Position numbers and translations under genes: made by a program. Source: Paramecium tetraurelia (lineage: Eukaryota). Taken from it: DNA of 64,000 nt. The notes below the pieces were generated by a model, which was not told the origin of the DNA, searched no databases, and worked only from the letters and a program-made list of their open reading frames with translations. The stretch is taken from positions 62,001 through 126,000 of the forward strand of contig CT868174.1 of NCBI GenBank assembly GCA_000165425.1, given 5' to 3'. How positions within the stretch are numbered: the first letter of the stretch is position 1; each line of letters starts with the position of its first letter. This document shows, one piece after another, positions 51,101-64,000 of this stretch.

Positions 51101-54100
51101 ATTATATTTGAATGTGAAAGGTTTTACAATGTTGGAAAATATACTTGCTACTGTCGATCCTACATATGTTAATTAATATGATGAAAATGGTTGGAATCCC
51201 CTGCTTTATCTAATATCTGAGTATACAAGTTAGGCAGATGCATTATATAATTAAAGTTTCAGTAAGAAAGTCTCAAAGTTGTAAGAAAAATTATATGAGG
51301 AGAAGCTAAAAGTAGTGATAGAAGAAGAAGAAAGAATCAACAAAGAAAGGCTGTTATAATTATAAATTTAGAATGAAGAGAAATAAAAAAAGCTTGATTA
51401 GGAGGAAGAATAAGAAAATGAAGAAGGAGGAGTGAAATAAGCAAAATAAATAGTTAATGAAGAATAGAAGAAGAATGAGAAGGTTGATGAAGTTGATGAT
51501 GATGATGAAGATGATGACGATGGCTATAATTTTCAAAATAACAACTAAGTCTAATAGGGAATATTATCCTATATAAATAAAGCTCCATAAACATAAGCGA
51601 ATCTTGTACCAGCAAAGGATTAATTACATCCAAAAACATTCTATTATAAAAGTAAACCAGTGATAGTCTATTTAAATCAAGAACAAGTTGATGACTTGTA
51701 TCGATAGGCCAAACAAGACGCTTTGAATTTATAAGAGACTGTAATTAAATTGTACTCCTTATTTATAAATATGGGAGCGGATTCGAATTCATCAATCATA
51801 AAGAGAAAGCAATTCAGAGAAACAGAGTAAGAACAAGAAGGAAATCCTTATGTTAATGAGGGATGCTATACGGTAGCTCACTTCATTTTCAAATCATATC
51901 ACAGTGTCTCATTCTTACAAGGAATCGAAAAAGTCAAACCTATACCCTTGAATTAGACAGCATTATAAAATATTTATCCAATTCATCTTTTTGCAAATAC
52001 ATGCAGTGCCAATTATATCTGCGGAAGAAGAGATGAAAAAAGTAAAACATTTTTGGAGTATGTAATTGGCAGGATTAATGTCAACTTACAAGACAAGACA
52101 TTAAATACTCCAACAAGTTCAATAGCTATTAGATACAATTACACTTTAGATGAAATCCTTTAAGTTTTAATAGCCAATGGCGGAAGTCTCAATAATTTGA
52201 ATGATTCTGATGTCGTCCCATTATAATTTTGGGTCAAATAAAATAATGTGAAGGTGGTTGGGATCCTTTTGACCAAATTTAAGGCTGACCCCAACTTCCC
52301 TGATAAATAGAAGAGAACAGCCTTACATCACGCTATAAATTCATCAAATTCTTAGGCTGATGCTAGTTTTGAGATGGAACATCTATTAATAAAGAATGGA
52401 GCAAACACGAGTGCCCTTGATGTCTTCAAAAGAACTCCTCTCTTTTATGCATTCACAAAAATGACTTATGATAATGATTTTAGAGAGATTGATCCTTTCG
52501 AAACAGTGTCATCTATCATAGCTGATAAAAATTGTGAAGTTGATTGTGTTGATATACATTAAAGATCTCCTCTTCATTATGCTGCCATGAGAGGAAGTGT
52601 AATATCTGGAAGATACATGATTAAAATGAAAGCACCTATAGATGTTCCTGATAAATATGGCAATACTCCATTAGCCTTGGCATTCTTGTGTGGTCACTCT
52701 AATTTCTGCACAATGCTCATAGATAACAAAGCAGATGTAAATAGATATGCCAATATTATTGACTATGAGAAGTATAGAAAGGAAGAAAAGAAAAAGAGAA
52801 GGGAGAGAATTGAGAATGGGAAGGAAATCGAATAAGAAGGTGATGAACCTTTGTCTGATGATGAGCAGGAATAAAATGAGAAAGACTAATCTAATGAAGG
52901 AATTGATTAAAATAATGCCTTTGGTAGAAGCTTTTAAGCTATTAATAGTACAGGTTTTTCAGGAAAAGGCTTATTTAGTGGATAAAGCCTATTTTAAACA
53001 AATTAATTTTAATATTAATAGCAATAATAATAATAGTATTAATAATATTAACCATAAAAATAAAGTAAATACTATTTATTACAGTCAACTAAATTCCCTG
53101 TAGGAACCTATTCATATTTTAAATTAGCAATCAAATAAGGGTGGTAAGGACTTGCTTATTTGTTGATTTCTGATGGTTATGATTTACAAAGAGCAATAGA
53201 GGATGCAATAATGGAAGAATAATTCAAGCTGGTACGTACATTATTGATGAAAGTTAAGGATGACAAAATTGTGTAGAAACAAAATAAAAATAAATAAAAT
53301 CTCTTCCATATCTTTTCCATCAAGGGTAGAAAATGCACAGAAGAAATTGCATTAATGATTGCTGATGAATTAGCAAATAGACAAGTGGATAGAAATGCCA
53401 AAGATGATTAAAATAATACTCCTTTGCATTATGCTGCTCAATACGACTTTTTTGTAATGATTTAATATTTATTACAATACAATTGCAATCCAAACATTTA
53501 CAACAACCTTTAAAATACTCCATTTTCTATTAGATTATAGGAGAATTACAAAGTGTTGGCATCTGAACCAGAATTATAATTATGGAGGGATAAGAATACA
53601 AATTTAGATGTCAAATTCAAAGTTAAAGGTAAAAATTATTAAATGTCGACTATTTTGTATTTGATTTAAGAGTACCATTTGGAAGATGAAATTACACTAA
53701 ATAAGTTTACTGATGCAGGATGCAATATCAATGAAAAGACTGATTCTGGCGAAACTTCATTAATGATATCCATTAAAATAAACTCCATAAGATTAGTCAG
53801 TTTTATAATGAATCATCCCAAATTCGATAAGACTCTGCATTCATAAGATTCATAAAATAGAACACCAATCCATTATGTTGTTTAGCCACTTGAATTTGGA
53901 TCATATGAAAACATCTAGATGTTGGAATTATTGTCAAAGTACTTTGACATCAATTAACCTGATAATCATGGAAGGACTCCTTTGGATTATGCTAATGATC
54001 AAGATTCAGGAACTATGGCAGAGGCTCTTAAAAAATTAAATGCTGTAGAGAGCAAGAAGTAAAAGTAACCTAGACTCCCTACGAGTGTTATTTCTCAGGC

Positions 54101-55891
54101 TCATTGGGTGGAGGAGGAGATCGATGTAGAGGCTGATGCTCAGAAATTCCTAGATGAGAGTGGAGAATAATTGGATGATTCAAAATAAGACACTCGAATA
54201 ATAGTGGATCCCTCAGCTAGAGAATCAGGTAAGGTTGAGGTGCTGGTTGATAAAGAATCTGGTCCATATTCATTATTAATGACTAAAGTTGATATTGGAA
54301 ATGGCATATATTCAGAGAATGTATTTTATAGGATGCAAGTCTTGCATGAAATTAATAGAAATGTTTATATACTCTTAACCAAATGGGGAAGAATTGGTAC
54401 ACCTGGATAACATCAATTAACCCCATTTGATAGTGCTGAAGATGCGATAAAGGAGTTTAATAAGATATTCCACACTAAGGCTGGAGGAAATAATTGGAGA
54501 AGTGTCTAAACCGGTGAAGAACCATTTATAAAGAAGCCAGGAAAATATCAATTGATAAATTTCAAGAACATAAAAAATTACAAGACTTTGCTTGCACCAT
54601 TTGATTTTAGCAAGAAAAGTCCTTATCAATAATCCAATTTAGAGAAAGCAATCAAAAGATTCATGTTGCAATTTGTCTAAGTTAAATTGTATAATAAAGA
54701 TTTGTAATAATTCCATATTGATTTGGATTCTATGCCTATTGAAAGACTAGATAGAAAGTAATTGGAAGCTGCTAAGGCTATTTTGAATGAATTAACAGAT
54801 TGTGTTGAAGATCTAAAATTACTTAGGTAAAAAGGTGATATTGATATTAAAAAGTTTTAAAACATCTTTAATGAGATTTGTGATAAATCAAGTAGATTTT
54901 ATGAATTGATTCCAGTAACAGAATTAAGAACAGAGCCCATTCCTCCTTTGGATTCAGTAGAGGCAATAAATCAAAAATTACTGTTAATTGAAACCTTGCT
55001 AAACTTTGAAACCACTTCTAAAATCTTATTAGGTGCTCATTTAATGAAGCAATCAATTAATCCATTAACTTATTGTTTCAATGCACTTAATGTTAGAGTA
55101 GTAACTCTACCAAAAGAGCATCCTGAATTTAAATTGATAGTCTAATATATCAATGCATCACATCAAGCAAAGATTTCAAATATATTTGCAGTTGAGAGAA
55201 GAGGGGACGCTGAAAGATTTGAGCATAATAAAGAATACAAGAGATTGCTTTTATGGCATGGTTCCAAGATTTCTAATTTTATGGGAATATTATCTTAAGG
55301 ACTGAAAGGTATTCATTATCATTAATATTCCTAGTTGCACCACCTTGGGCATTAAACACTGGGGCTATGTTTGGAAAAGGCATCTATTTTGCTGATATGT
55401 TCTAGAAATCGTATGGTTATACTGAGGATTGGTCTTTGCATTACAATCAATATAATGGACTATTCTAATAGAGTGGATACTACAGGTAAACCAATGTTTA
55501 GAAAGATGAATAAGAGGAAATCCAAAGGTACAGATACATGTTACTCTGTGAAGTGGCTGTAGGAAAATCAAAAAATCTATATAATGCTGAAAGCATTTCT
55601 AATTTAGATAGTAATTTTTAATCATAAATCATTTTAGAAAAATATTAATCAGTTAAAGGATGTGGAAGAAGAGGACCTGATTATAAGTAATCAGTTATTT
55701 TATCAAATGGATGCAAAGTCCCTGTTGGATAATGCATTGATTATCCACCACCATAGAAGAAAGATGCCAATGGAAATTTTATTCATCGTTTAAATCTCCA
55801 ACATAATGAATATATTGTTTACGATGATACTAAAGTCAAGATCAGATATATGGTTTAATTGGATACAAAAGACACATTAGATGAGTATTGA
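48199..55891 (+). CDS. Giant ankyrin-repeat + WGR + PARP regulatory + PARP catalytic protein (~2500 aa)
   Basis: Many TPLH-type ankyrin repeats; YILLTKWGRIG (WGR); SSRFYELIP (PARP_reg); LLWHGS...GAMFGKGIYFAD..KSYGY...LQHNEYIVYD (H-Y-E triad). About three tiny introns. Confidence 0.93.
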
Positions 55892-56125
55892 ATATTAGAT
55901 GTTTGTTTGCTTAATTTTATAATTTTAATTATTAAAACTCCTAAAAATTATAGTCAAAAATTTTAGTTATTATTACAATTAAATAATTATTTTAAATCAG
56001 TTTTACGCTCTTCTATTAAGAATTAAAATTTTAAGTGCTTGATTATGATGACTCTTAATTTATTGTTACTCAATTTTATTTGGTTGGTATCAAATTTAAT
56101 TAAAATGTAGTATAAACAATAACTA

Positions 56126-56803
56126 TCACGCTTATTAATCTTCATCAAAATCATCATCATATTCTTCTTCAATATTTAGATCTGAACATAGGTTTTTCAT
56201 TTACTATTTTTGAGTTCAGGGATATATTCTCTATATTTTCTACTGAAAAATTAATGGGGTCTGCTTATGACTAAACTTTTGGATCATCTGATTTATCATA
56301 TTCTCACTGTAATATCGATCATTCATTTAGTTCTGCATTCTTCTTATCTTTTGCACAATTCTTATATTTAAATTTAAATAATTATAGCAGAATTTTTATA
56401 TCATTAACTAATGGAAGATAAATATTTGATTAAAACTACCCAGCCTTGAAGAATCTCAAGCCTTATTTTCATTATCTAACTTCCCATAATGTAATTTTAA
56501 AAAAAGGTTTGAATTTCTTAATAAAGATCTTACCCTAATTTAAATGCAATTTGAGAAATTCAATTATCTTATTTTATTCGATAATTGAATTTCATAAATA
56601 TATTCTAGTTTTTTCAGAAACCCATCCTATATTTCAAAATATTGATATTTAAATGTTTCTTAAGATCTAAAATGCAGCCTACTACATAGAACAATTAAAA
56701 ATTATTATTTGATTCAGCTTAACATTTGACATTATTATAATAAATTTAGAGAATAAGTCATTATTGCTATGACTTACTATTCTTTCCTTTATTTATTTAC
56801 CAT
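56126..56803 (-). CDS. Possible hypothetical protein or gene relic
   Basis: Acidic C-terminus NIEEEYDDDFDEDQQA-TGA; the upstream frame could not be resolved. Confidence 0.3.
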
Positions 56804-56857
56804 AAGAGAGGGATGGTTGTTATCATATAAATCATAAATAAAATTATAAACAATTAT

Positions 56858-57151
56858 TCACCAAGGACTGAATTCTCTACTCTAAATCTATCTTAACTTT
56901 ATTAATTTAGGTAATTTTGGTTATTATTTAATTTTTTCTAGTTTGAATTTATTTTTTTATATTGGTTACAATTAACAAGGTTTGATCATATTAAGACTAT
57001 CAACGCTGCGTCTGTGAATTTTTATTCGAAATCCGCCATAACTCAATACTCCTAAAACTGTTTCTTCTGTCCGAAATCGTTTTACGGGAGGCAATTGCTA
57101 ATCGATTGCTATGCTGTTACTTCTCCACTTTTGATGACGTTATTAAAACAT
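56858..57151 (-). CDS. Small basic hypothetical protein (97 aa)
   Basis: Clean frame MFQQRHQKWRSNSIAID...SREFSPW-TGA. Confidence 0.55.
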
Positions 57152-57261
57152 AATCTGTTTTTAAATAATACTAAAATATTAATTAAATAAACTCTTGTGA
57201 AATTAGTAACAACATCTTAAAGAGTAATTTTTATAATGATGATGATGATAATTAATATGAA

Positions 57262-58400
57262 TCATTATTAACCTTCCAACAAAATGTCTTTGATTCTATT
57301 TTTTTAACTTTCAGTTAGATCTTCTGGGAATTGGATGTCAAATCTAATGTACAGATTTCCAAATGTGTATGGTTTACCAAAATCCTATAAAGATAATACC
57401 AAATTTGATACTTTGACTTCATCCTATTGGAAGATTGGCATTCCTTCATTTTCAATCATCTTCACATATTTTGGACTATGATTATACACATTTCCAATAC
57501 CTTATGATTTAATCAACAGGCACTTATAATTTTCTATTGTCCAAAGTTACAATCTATATGGGATCTGCAGCAATGGCATTGGCCAATTTAACTTTTGCAA
57601 TATACAATAGGTCATTTCCTTTTCTCTTGAAGGTAGGATGAGGAGTTTCTTTGATTTGGAAGATCAGATCTGAAGATTTAAATCCTGCAGCTTCATTGCC
57701 TAACTCTTTATAGACTATCTTTTAGCCAGTCTCGATTCCACGATCGATTTTGATTTCTCTAAGAGATATCATTTTGAAATGGATACTTAGTTTCCATAAT
57801 TTGACGAGTTGTGATGCCGTCTTTATTCAGCACTTGTCTTTGATATGAAACAGTCTTGGCACATCCGTTGTACAATTCGTGTAGAGTGCATTCTACTTGG
57901 ATTTCAAGATCTTAGGGTCCTGGAATTCCTGGGAAATTCTGTCCTCCAAATGCATGACTAAAGAGAGTGCCATGATTTTCTGATCCATTGGTATCTAAAT
58001 GAATGAGTATTCATAATTACCTATCAGTTGAGCAAAAGGATTGGATGTCCCGAAAAACTTTTCAAATATTTCTTCAGGATTACCTGCAAAACTGTAACCG
58101 CCCTTGAGGTCTAAGGAAATCAATAACTTATTTACTTCCATTAGCAAAGAAACCTTCCTTCAACTTCTCTTCTCCATACTTATCATAAAATGTTCTTTTG
58201 ATTGCTAATTTGATTATGTATTATTACGATCAGACAATACTTCATAGGCTTCAGAAATTAGACAAAAATGATGATAAGTTGTATTGTGATCCAACTTACT
58301 CAATTTAGGATGCCATTTTAATGAAAGCTTATTATAAGCCTTGGCAACTTCTGAGGCTGAAGCATCACGATTAATTTCTAAAAATCTTGTAATAATCCAT
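57262..58400 (-). CDS. Type II DnaJ/Hsp40, DNAJB13/RSP16 (radial spoke)-like
   Basis: J domain with WHPK instead of HPD, ISEAYEVLSDP, G/F region, and DnaJ_C (CTLHELYNGC, HPTFKRKGNDL, GNLYIRFDIQFP). One extra T near the start codon. Confidence 0.85.
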
Positions 58401-58634
58401 TTAATAATAAAATTATATATAAAATAATTAAAAATCAATTTGTTGTATTCATTCTATTGATATCTACCACTGAGATGCAAGATATGGGTCTCAAGTTTAA
58501 AGACTGTTTCTCTTTACATTTATTAATGAATATAAGGTTTTAAGCAATTTCTCAGTTCACTTGTAATGTTCTACAAACAAATTGAGAGATTGCCATGCAC
58601 TCTAATAATGTAGTTCATTAATTCATAAATATAA

Positions 58635-59048
58635 TCAAAAGATCTATGATTTTCTGTTTTAACCATTCGATTCTTTAATTGCCCTGAAGGTGATTCTCTT
58701 TTTTTGAGGAGAATTAATCTTATTTGTTTGTATCCATTTGAGGATTTCAGTTTTTGGGTCAAATTTACATTTTGCTTAAGGTAACTCCAGTTTGGGTAAC
58801 ATTTGCTTCAGGAATGAGATCTTGCCATCCTTCAAGAACATCTTTCCATTGCTCAAGGGAATCTCACTGCTACAAGTTTTATGTTTTTTTGGAGGCGAAT
58901 CCTATGCAATAACCATGGCCTATTGACTGTATCGTTTGGTGAGAGCAGGTGATTCTGAGATCAACGTGATTACTTTCTTTGGTTTGAAGATATACTTTTC
59001 GATGTTTTCTGAATTTTCAGTGATACAAACTTAAGAAAGTGATCTCAT
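58635..59048 (-). CDS. Hypothetical protein (137 aa)
   Basis: Uninterrupted frame MRSLSQVCITENSENIEK...NRKSQIF-TGA. Confidence 0.5.
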
Positions 59049-59129
59049 TAAAATATAAATATTATGTTTCATTATTAGAATAATTGTAAGTACTTCAAAT
59101 AATATTGTAATTTTTAAGGAATATCTTAA

Positions 59130-59528
59130 GCATTCATCCACCAGGCATAAACGAGTGATATCAACATCAATATCACAATAAATTTCACTAAATTCATTAA
59201 AACATTATAAGTGAACTTTCTACACATTAATTTAAATTCTTTACGCTGTTAAATACATCACTGATATAATTAAGGCTGTTGTCATCATTAATGAACTCCA
59301 AATCAACACAGTAATCCATTGTGGGGGTAATTCTTTGATCATCGGAATCAACATCATTCTTGCTTCATTTACAATTGGAATGACAGACAAATCTGATAGT
59401 ATAGTAATCACATGTGATGGACACTGTTGGTGATAGTCTTGATCCAAACATATGAAGAGGGATCCGATTGTGCTAAGACCCAATAGGCCAACATATATTA
59501 TTAAAGTATTCTTCAGAATTGTAATCAT
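59130..59528 (-). CDS. Small membrane protein
   Basis: 95-aa ORF-track segment with two hydrophobic helices; the 3' end is uncertain. Confidence 0.5.
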
Positions 59529-59554
59529 TATTATTAAATATTCGTTAATTTTGA

Positions 59555-61506
59555 ATGGGAAATAATAATAGCTAAGAATCCACTAAGCTAGCCCAGTTGT
59601 ATTCTGAATATCAACCAACCAAAACTAGAGATGAATGTATTTCAATCAATTAATTTAGAATTTGGAGATTGCACAGTCCTAGTTAATAAATCAAATCCCA
59701 AACTCAAACTTATTTTGAAAGAGTACACATACACTGATGAGACTCTTTTTAAGAAAAGCAAAAAGCAATTCGAAAATAAACAATAACTAATTCAAAATCA
59801 ATACATTCTCAAAATTCTTGACATCTACACTACCTAAGATCAATAGGTGTGTAGTCAGTTTTTTAAAGTATACATATTGATAGAGCATCCTACATCCTAA
59901 TTATCTGCAACATAATTGGCTCCCCAAGATTATTGGGCGGTTTTGTTTGGATATGTTAGAGCACTCGAAGACTTATAAACTAAATCCATATAGCATGAAC
60001 ATATCTCATCAAAAACCCTATACTTACCTCCTAAAATATGTGATCCTTCCCTCTATGAGCAATCCACCAATTTTTAACAGCTCTTCCAAAACAATAAACT
60101 CAACGATCTTTATCTATCACCCCAACAAACCATGGCTCTAAGATAAAAGGAGTTTCAACCTCACCACAATCCATACAAGAGTGATGTATTTATACTTGGA
60201 ATGTGCATGCTATAGAGTATCTTGAAGACCCCAATGAATGATTGTTATAAACAATTGTATTTGGTCGAAGAAGTGCTTCTAACCAAATTACACCAATTAA
60301 ACACTCTTGTACAACCCTAATTATTTGAGGTCATTCAATCTATGTTATCAATCTAAGAAACTTAAAGACCTGATTTTATTGTCTTATCAAAATTATTAGA
60401 CTAAAAATATTAAGAATCAGCATCTATTACTAATTTTAAGTACTAACTTAGATCATTTAATACATTCGATCAATCATAATAAAGTTCTATTCAATAAAAT
60501 TCATAACATCAATCCAATGTCCAATAATCAACTCTTCCCATTATGAAATAAATCAAAAGTTCAAAATCTAATACAAATGCAAAAAAACCATCGCTCAGAG
60601 ATATTCTTACTGAACAGTCTAATACAAATTCCACCATGGCCAGTAGAATGTAAGAAGATGTAGTGTTGCCTAATCCACCTGATTGTTGCGATTTTGTGTA
60701 ATAAATAGTGCACTCTCAATAAATTTCTAAACCTTCAAAAATTGATGAGAATACAGATAATAATGAAATTGAAAATGAAAATAATGACAATTACACCAAT
60801 AGATCCTAAAATATGCCACTATAGGATCACACTGATTAGCATGTTAATAAGAATTTCTAATTAAAACTCAGCGATATTAATGTAAAAGAATCTCAACAAC
60901 AATTTTCCCTCCCATTTGATCTACCTTAATAATAGCCATAACCTCATATTTCAGGGTTCTCTTCTTAAGGGGAAATATTTGTAAATGAATAGTATCAAGA
61001 TGGCTCCAAATATAATGGTTATAAATTCAATGGGATGAGACATGGACAGGGTATGTTTTATTACAAAGATGGAGGATATTACGATGGAAATTGGCAGTTT
61101 AATCACATGCATGGCTACGGTATCTATATTATGCATTATCAATCATAGGCACTTTATATTATTCAAATGGTAATCCAGCTTATAAAGGATCGTGGAATTA
61201 AGATAAATTCTAAGGTTATGGAGTATTATATAACGAAGTGACTTCTTAATTAAATGAACCTTTCAATTATCATGATTTTGATCATATTGAAGAGTAATTC
61301 AAACATTTTAATCTAGTTTTTGGACCAAATACGAAGGAGAGTTTAATGATGATAACAAAGAAGGCCAAGGCACTTTATATTTATCCAATGGCGAAAAGTT
61401 TTGTGGCCAATTTTTAAAGGATTATATAAATGGATTTGGTTTATATCATACTAAAAACTAAAAGATTGTTGAAGGCAGATGGGTCAATAATAAATTAATT
61501 AAGTGA
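59555..61506 (+). CDS. Pseudokinase + MORN-repeat protein
   Basis: Starts MGNNNS; degenerate kinase (YLSPQQ...PYKSDVFILGMCML, RPDF) and C-terminal MORN repeats (YNGYKFNGMRHGQGMFYYKDGGYYDGNW, YEGEFNDDNKEGQG). Confidence 0.8.
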
Positions 61507-61954
61507 TTATTTTAATAATAAATGTTATTAAAATTTTTGATTCTATCCTCTACTGTAGAAATTTAAAAAATATTTCTTTATCTTTAAAAAGCTAAATTAG
61601 TTTAATATTCTTTTTATAACACAAGGTTTTTTACAATTTTCATGTAAAATTAATTATCTCAAATTCAATAGACTTTCTTTACAATTTGTATTATTATTTT
61701 ATGATATTAATCAAAAATAAAGGGTCTATTTATTTTTCTAAAATTTAAATTATAGTAATTCCTAAGTTATAATCATCATTCATAAATTGATTGGGCATTT
61801 ATGAATCATAATTATAAATTGGAATTGGCTAAAATGTATTTTGTTGATAGGTCTATAGCAAGTTGAAGAATTTTGAAATAAAAATGATATCTTACTTTTA
61901 AATAATAATATTAGCCACTTAAATCACGCTTTAAAGAATAGTTTATAGCTTTCT

Positions 61955-64000
61955 TCATCCAATATTTAATATTTTAAAATGAAAATACTACTCACATCTG
62001 TTGGGTTGGTGTACCATTTTAATTAATAAATTATTATAAATTGTCATTTCTTGAAATGGGTAACTTTAGTGAGAGATATCTTAAGAGTTTGCTTAAATAT
62101 CTTACTTATATCCTTTAGTTTTCTTGAATTCTTCGATGAACACGTCTTCACCTCCACATTTGGCTGTTTGCTCATAATTCAGTGCAAATCTCCTAGTAAA
62201 ATAAGATCACTCATCAATACCTGTAGTAAGTCTACTGTACGAGTTCTTACAATGTTTTATTACAATGTAAGACACATTTGATATGCACATTTAACTGAGC
62301 AAACCTTAGTTCTTTGCAACACTGTTCTAGATCCTCGCTTTCGATGTCGATGGTTAAGCCATGTAGATAAGCACAGATGGGATGGAAGGCATGCTTGCAC
62401 GGAATGGTTTCTCCGCCAGAACACATAAAACGAAATCCTGAGATTCAATTGATATTTAACCTTTAGAATCTCCGCAAACTGCACATTGGGGAGTACTGGA
62501 TTCGTTATCTTTGCAAAATTGCTTGATATCATTCTTTCTATTTCTAACATCATAGGCACCATCTGAGAGAATGACTTAGTTGGTTAAAAGCAAACAAGAA
62601 ACGTGATAAAAGGAGCTTCTTATGTACTTTTGTGGCAATCCTAGTTTTTTACAGATTCTACATTTTGCAGCACCTTATAATTATGTATAATATACCTCTT
62701 CTGAATTAATACACCTTAGATGACTCATAATAACATCCATCACAAATAACATCATCTTCGTCAAGGGATCCAGTCAAACCATAACAAATCTTATGGAAGG
62801 ATGTGGAGCACTTTCCGCAGTAGATGACAGGATTGAAATCTGTGTAATGGTAATCAAAACAGATTTTGCAGTCTGTATCTAAAGGTTGAGTATTTTCCTT
62901 AGAGTGGATTTTCTTCTTCTTTTACTAAGCTTTTTGGGAGGATTGGGATGTCAATGTTAATTGGCAAGGAAAGAAGGAGTTTAAGACATCTGCATTTTTG
63001 TCTTTATATCCATTTATGAAGGCTTTGACGATTTGAGACCACCTCAATAAATCAATCAATAGTTGTTATTCGGTGTTCAATATTTTGAAATTGTAATCAG
63101 TGATTTGGGAATTGATTTATTCTCGGAATTGATTGTTTTATTTAACTACAGAGGTGAGTTCTTTATTCAAGATGTGATAGACAATATCGAATTATTGGAT
63201 TGTGTCACTTTCAATGTCTAATTGAGATTCCAATTTAGAATAGACCTCTTTAATTTGCTGTTCTAATTCGAAGCAATCCTAATATTCCTATTTAGTTAAT
63301 TCGCAACCCTCTAAATAAATTAGATCTTTGCCAACTATTTCCTTATCAGAATATGTAGGAATGTCAACTGTTTCTTATAAATATCTATACAATTGTATAT
63401 TGGTCCTCAACAATCCTTTGGGTGTTGCTTTGCCTACATGCTCGGTAAAACTATATCGAATGAAACTAAAAGATTTTTACAATTAGTGTACTAATACTGA
63501 GTTTTTGAACATCTAATTAAAACATTTATGCTTCCTCTACATTGAAATCTCAACTGTATGATAGGCTCTAATAATGATAATGAGTATGAGAGTGAATACC
63601 AATATTCATCTGATCGGCATAATTAAGCAAATCCTCATCCATTCCTTGATTCGACCATTCGAAAGGATTCTGGAATTCTTCAACTTTGGTAATTGGTAGT
63701 TTCTCTTCCCCTTTGAAGTAGATTTCCTCAATTTTTTCCCACCACTTCAGAATGGATTGATCTCTCTTGTTTTCTCTTTCGGTATAGGGGAACTCAGGAT
63801 CTTCAACAATGGGCCTTTGAATTTGGGGATAAATCTTCTGTTTTTCAACCTCCTTCTGCACAATAATGGGCTAGGGGATAGGCTGAAGAATGGGCAGAGG
63901 TTCAACAATAGACTCCTCTTTTTCCAACAAAGGTCCTTGTGTTAGGATTTTGACTTTTTATATCATGAAATCAGTAATCTTGCTTTCAGGTATAACTAGC
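61955..64000 (-). CDS. PHD-Zn knuckle-PHD (PZP) chromatin reader, 5'-truncated by the window edge
   Basis: CKICFD...VIYCGKCSTSFHKICYG...ICDGC; CRICKKLG...FYHVSC; CAVCGD...CKHAFHPICAY...CVLH (BRPF/JADE/AF10-type module). Confidence 0.85.

Noticed and set aside
42370..58400. Programmed +1 ribosomal frameshifting at the two start-proximal indels
   Set aside because: The Euplotes-type AAA-TAR signal is absent, and TAR is not a stop here. Sequencing error or mutation is simpler.
1909..63945. Most entries of the supplied six-frame ORF track as independent small genes
   Set aside because: The track uses the standard code. The entries are exon fragments cut at TAA/TAG (Gln here) or antisense shadows of real genes, e.g. 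42365-42664, 29665-29964 and 16002-16265.
1..64000. Germline IESs, telomeric repeats, tRNA/rRNA or CRISPR arrays
   Set aside because: Conserved genes are uninterrupted apart from GT-AG introns. I saw no telomeric repeat tracts, structured RNA genes or repeat-spacer arrays; small ncRNAs could be missed by eye.

Overview
Gene-dense, very AT-rich eukaryotic DNA from a ciliate macronuclear chromosome, almost certainly Paramecium. Long reading frames only open if TAA/TAG are read as Gln with TGA as the only stop (genetic code 6). Genes carry tiny ~21-29 nt GT..AG introns, and intergenic gaps are often under 100 bp. The supplied standard-code ORF track is therefore only fragments, so I re-translated by hand and coordinates are approximate where introns are inferred. 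About 40 protein genes are present. Recognisable ones: WNK kinase, APC10, a PBP-type D-Ala-D-Ala carboxypeptidase (peptidase S11), PAK1IP1/MAK11, LENG1-like, a longin R-SNARE, CUL3-like cullin, deoxynucleoside kinase, a 2xCBM48-Kelch protein, SPT2-like, YJU2, MLH1, an Aurora-like kinase, UBL-RPS27a, a ~2500-aa ankyrin-WGR-PARP, DNAJB13-like, a pseudokinase-MORN protein and a PHD/PZP protein. The most notable items are: (i) a VHS + coiled-coil + alpha-adaptin-appendage protein that looks like an independently built GGA-type monomeric adaptor; (ii) an intron-containing penicillin-binding-protein-family enzyme with intact catalytic motifs and no obvious signal peptide; (iii) a 1.2-kb inverted gene duplication with a seemingly gene-converted identical core, bracketing a 4.1-kb spacer in an AT-rich pseudokinase island. 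No rRNA, tRNA, CRISPR or transposase was recognised.
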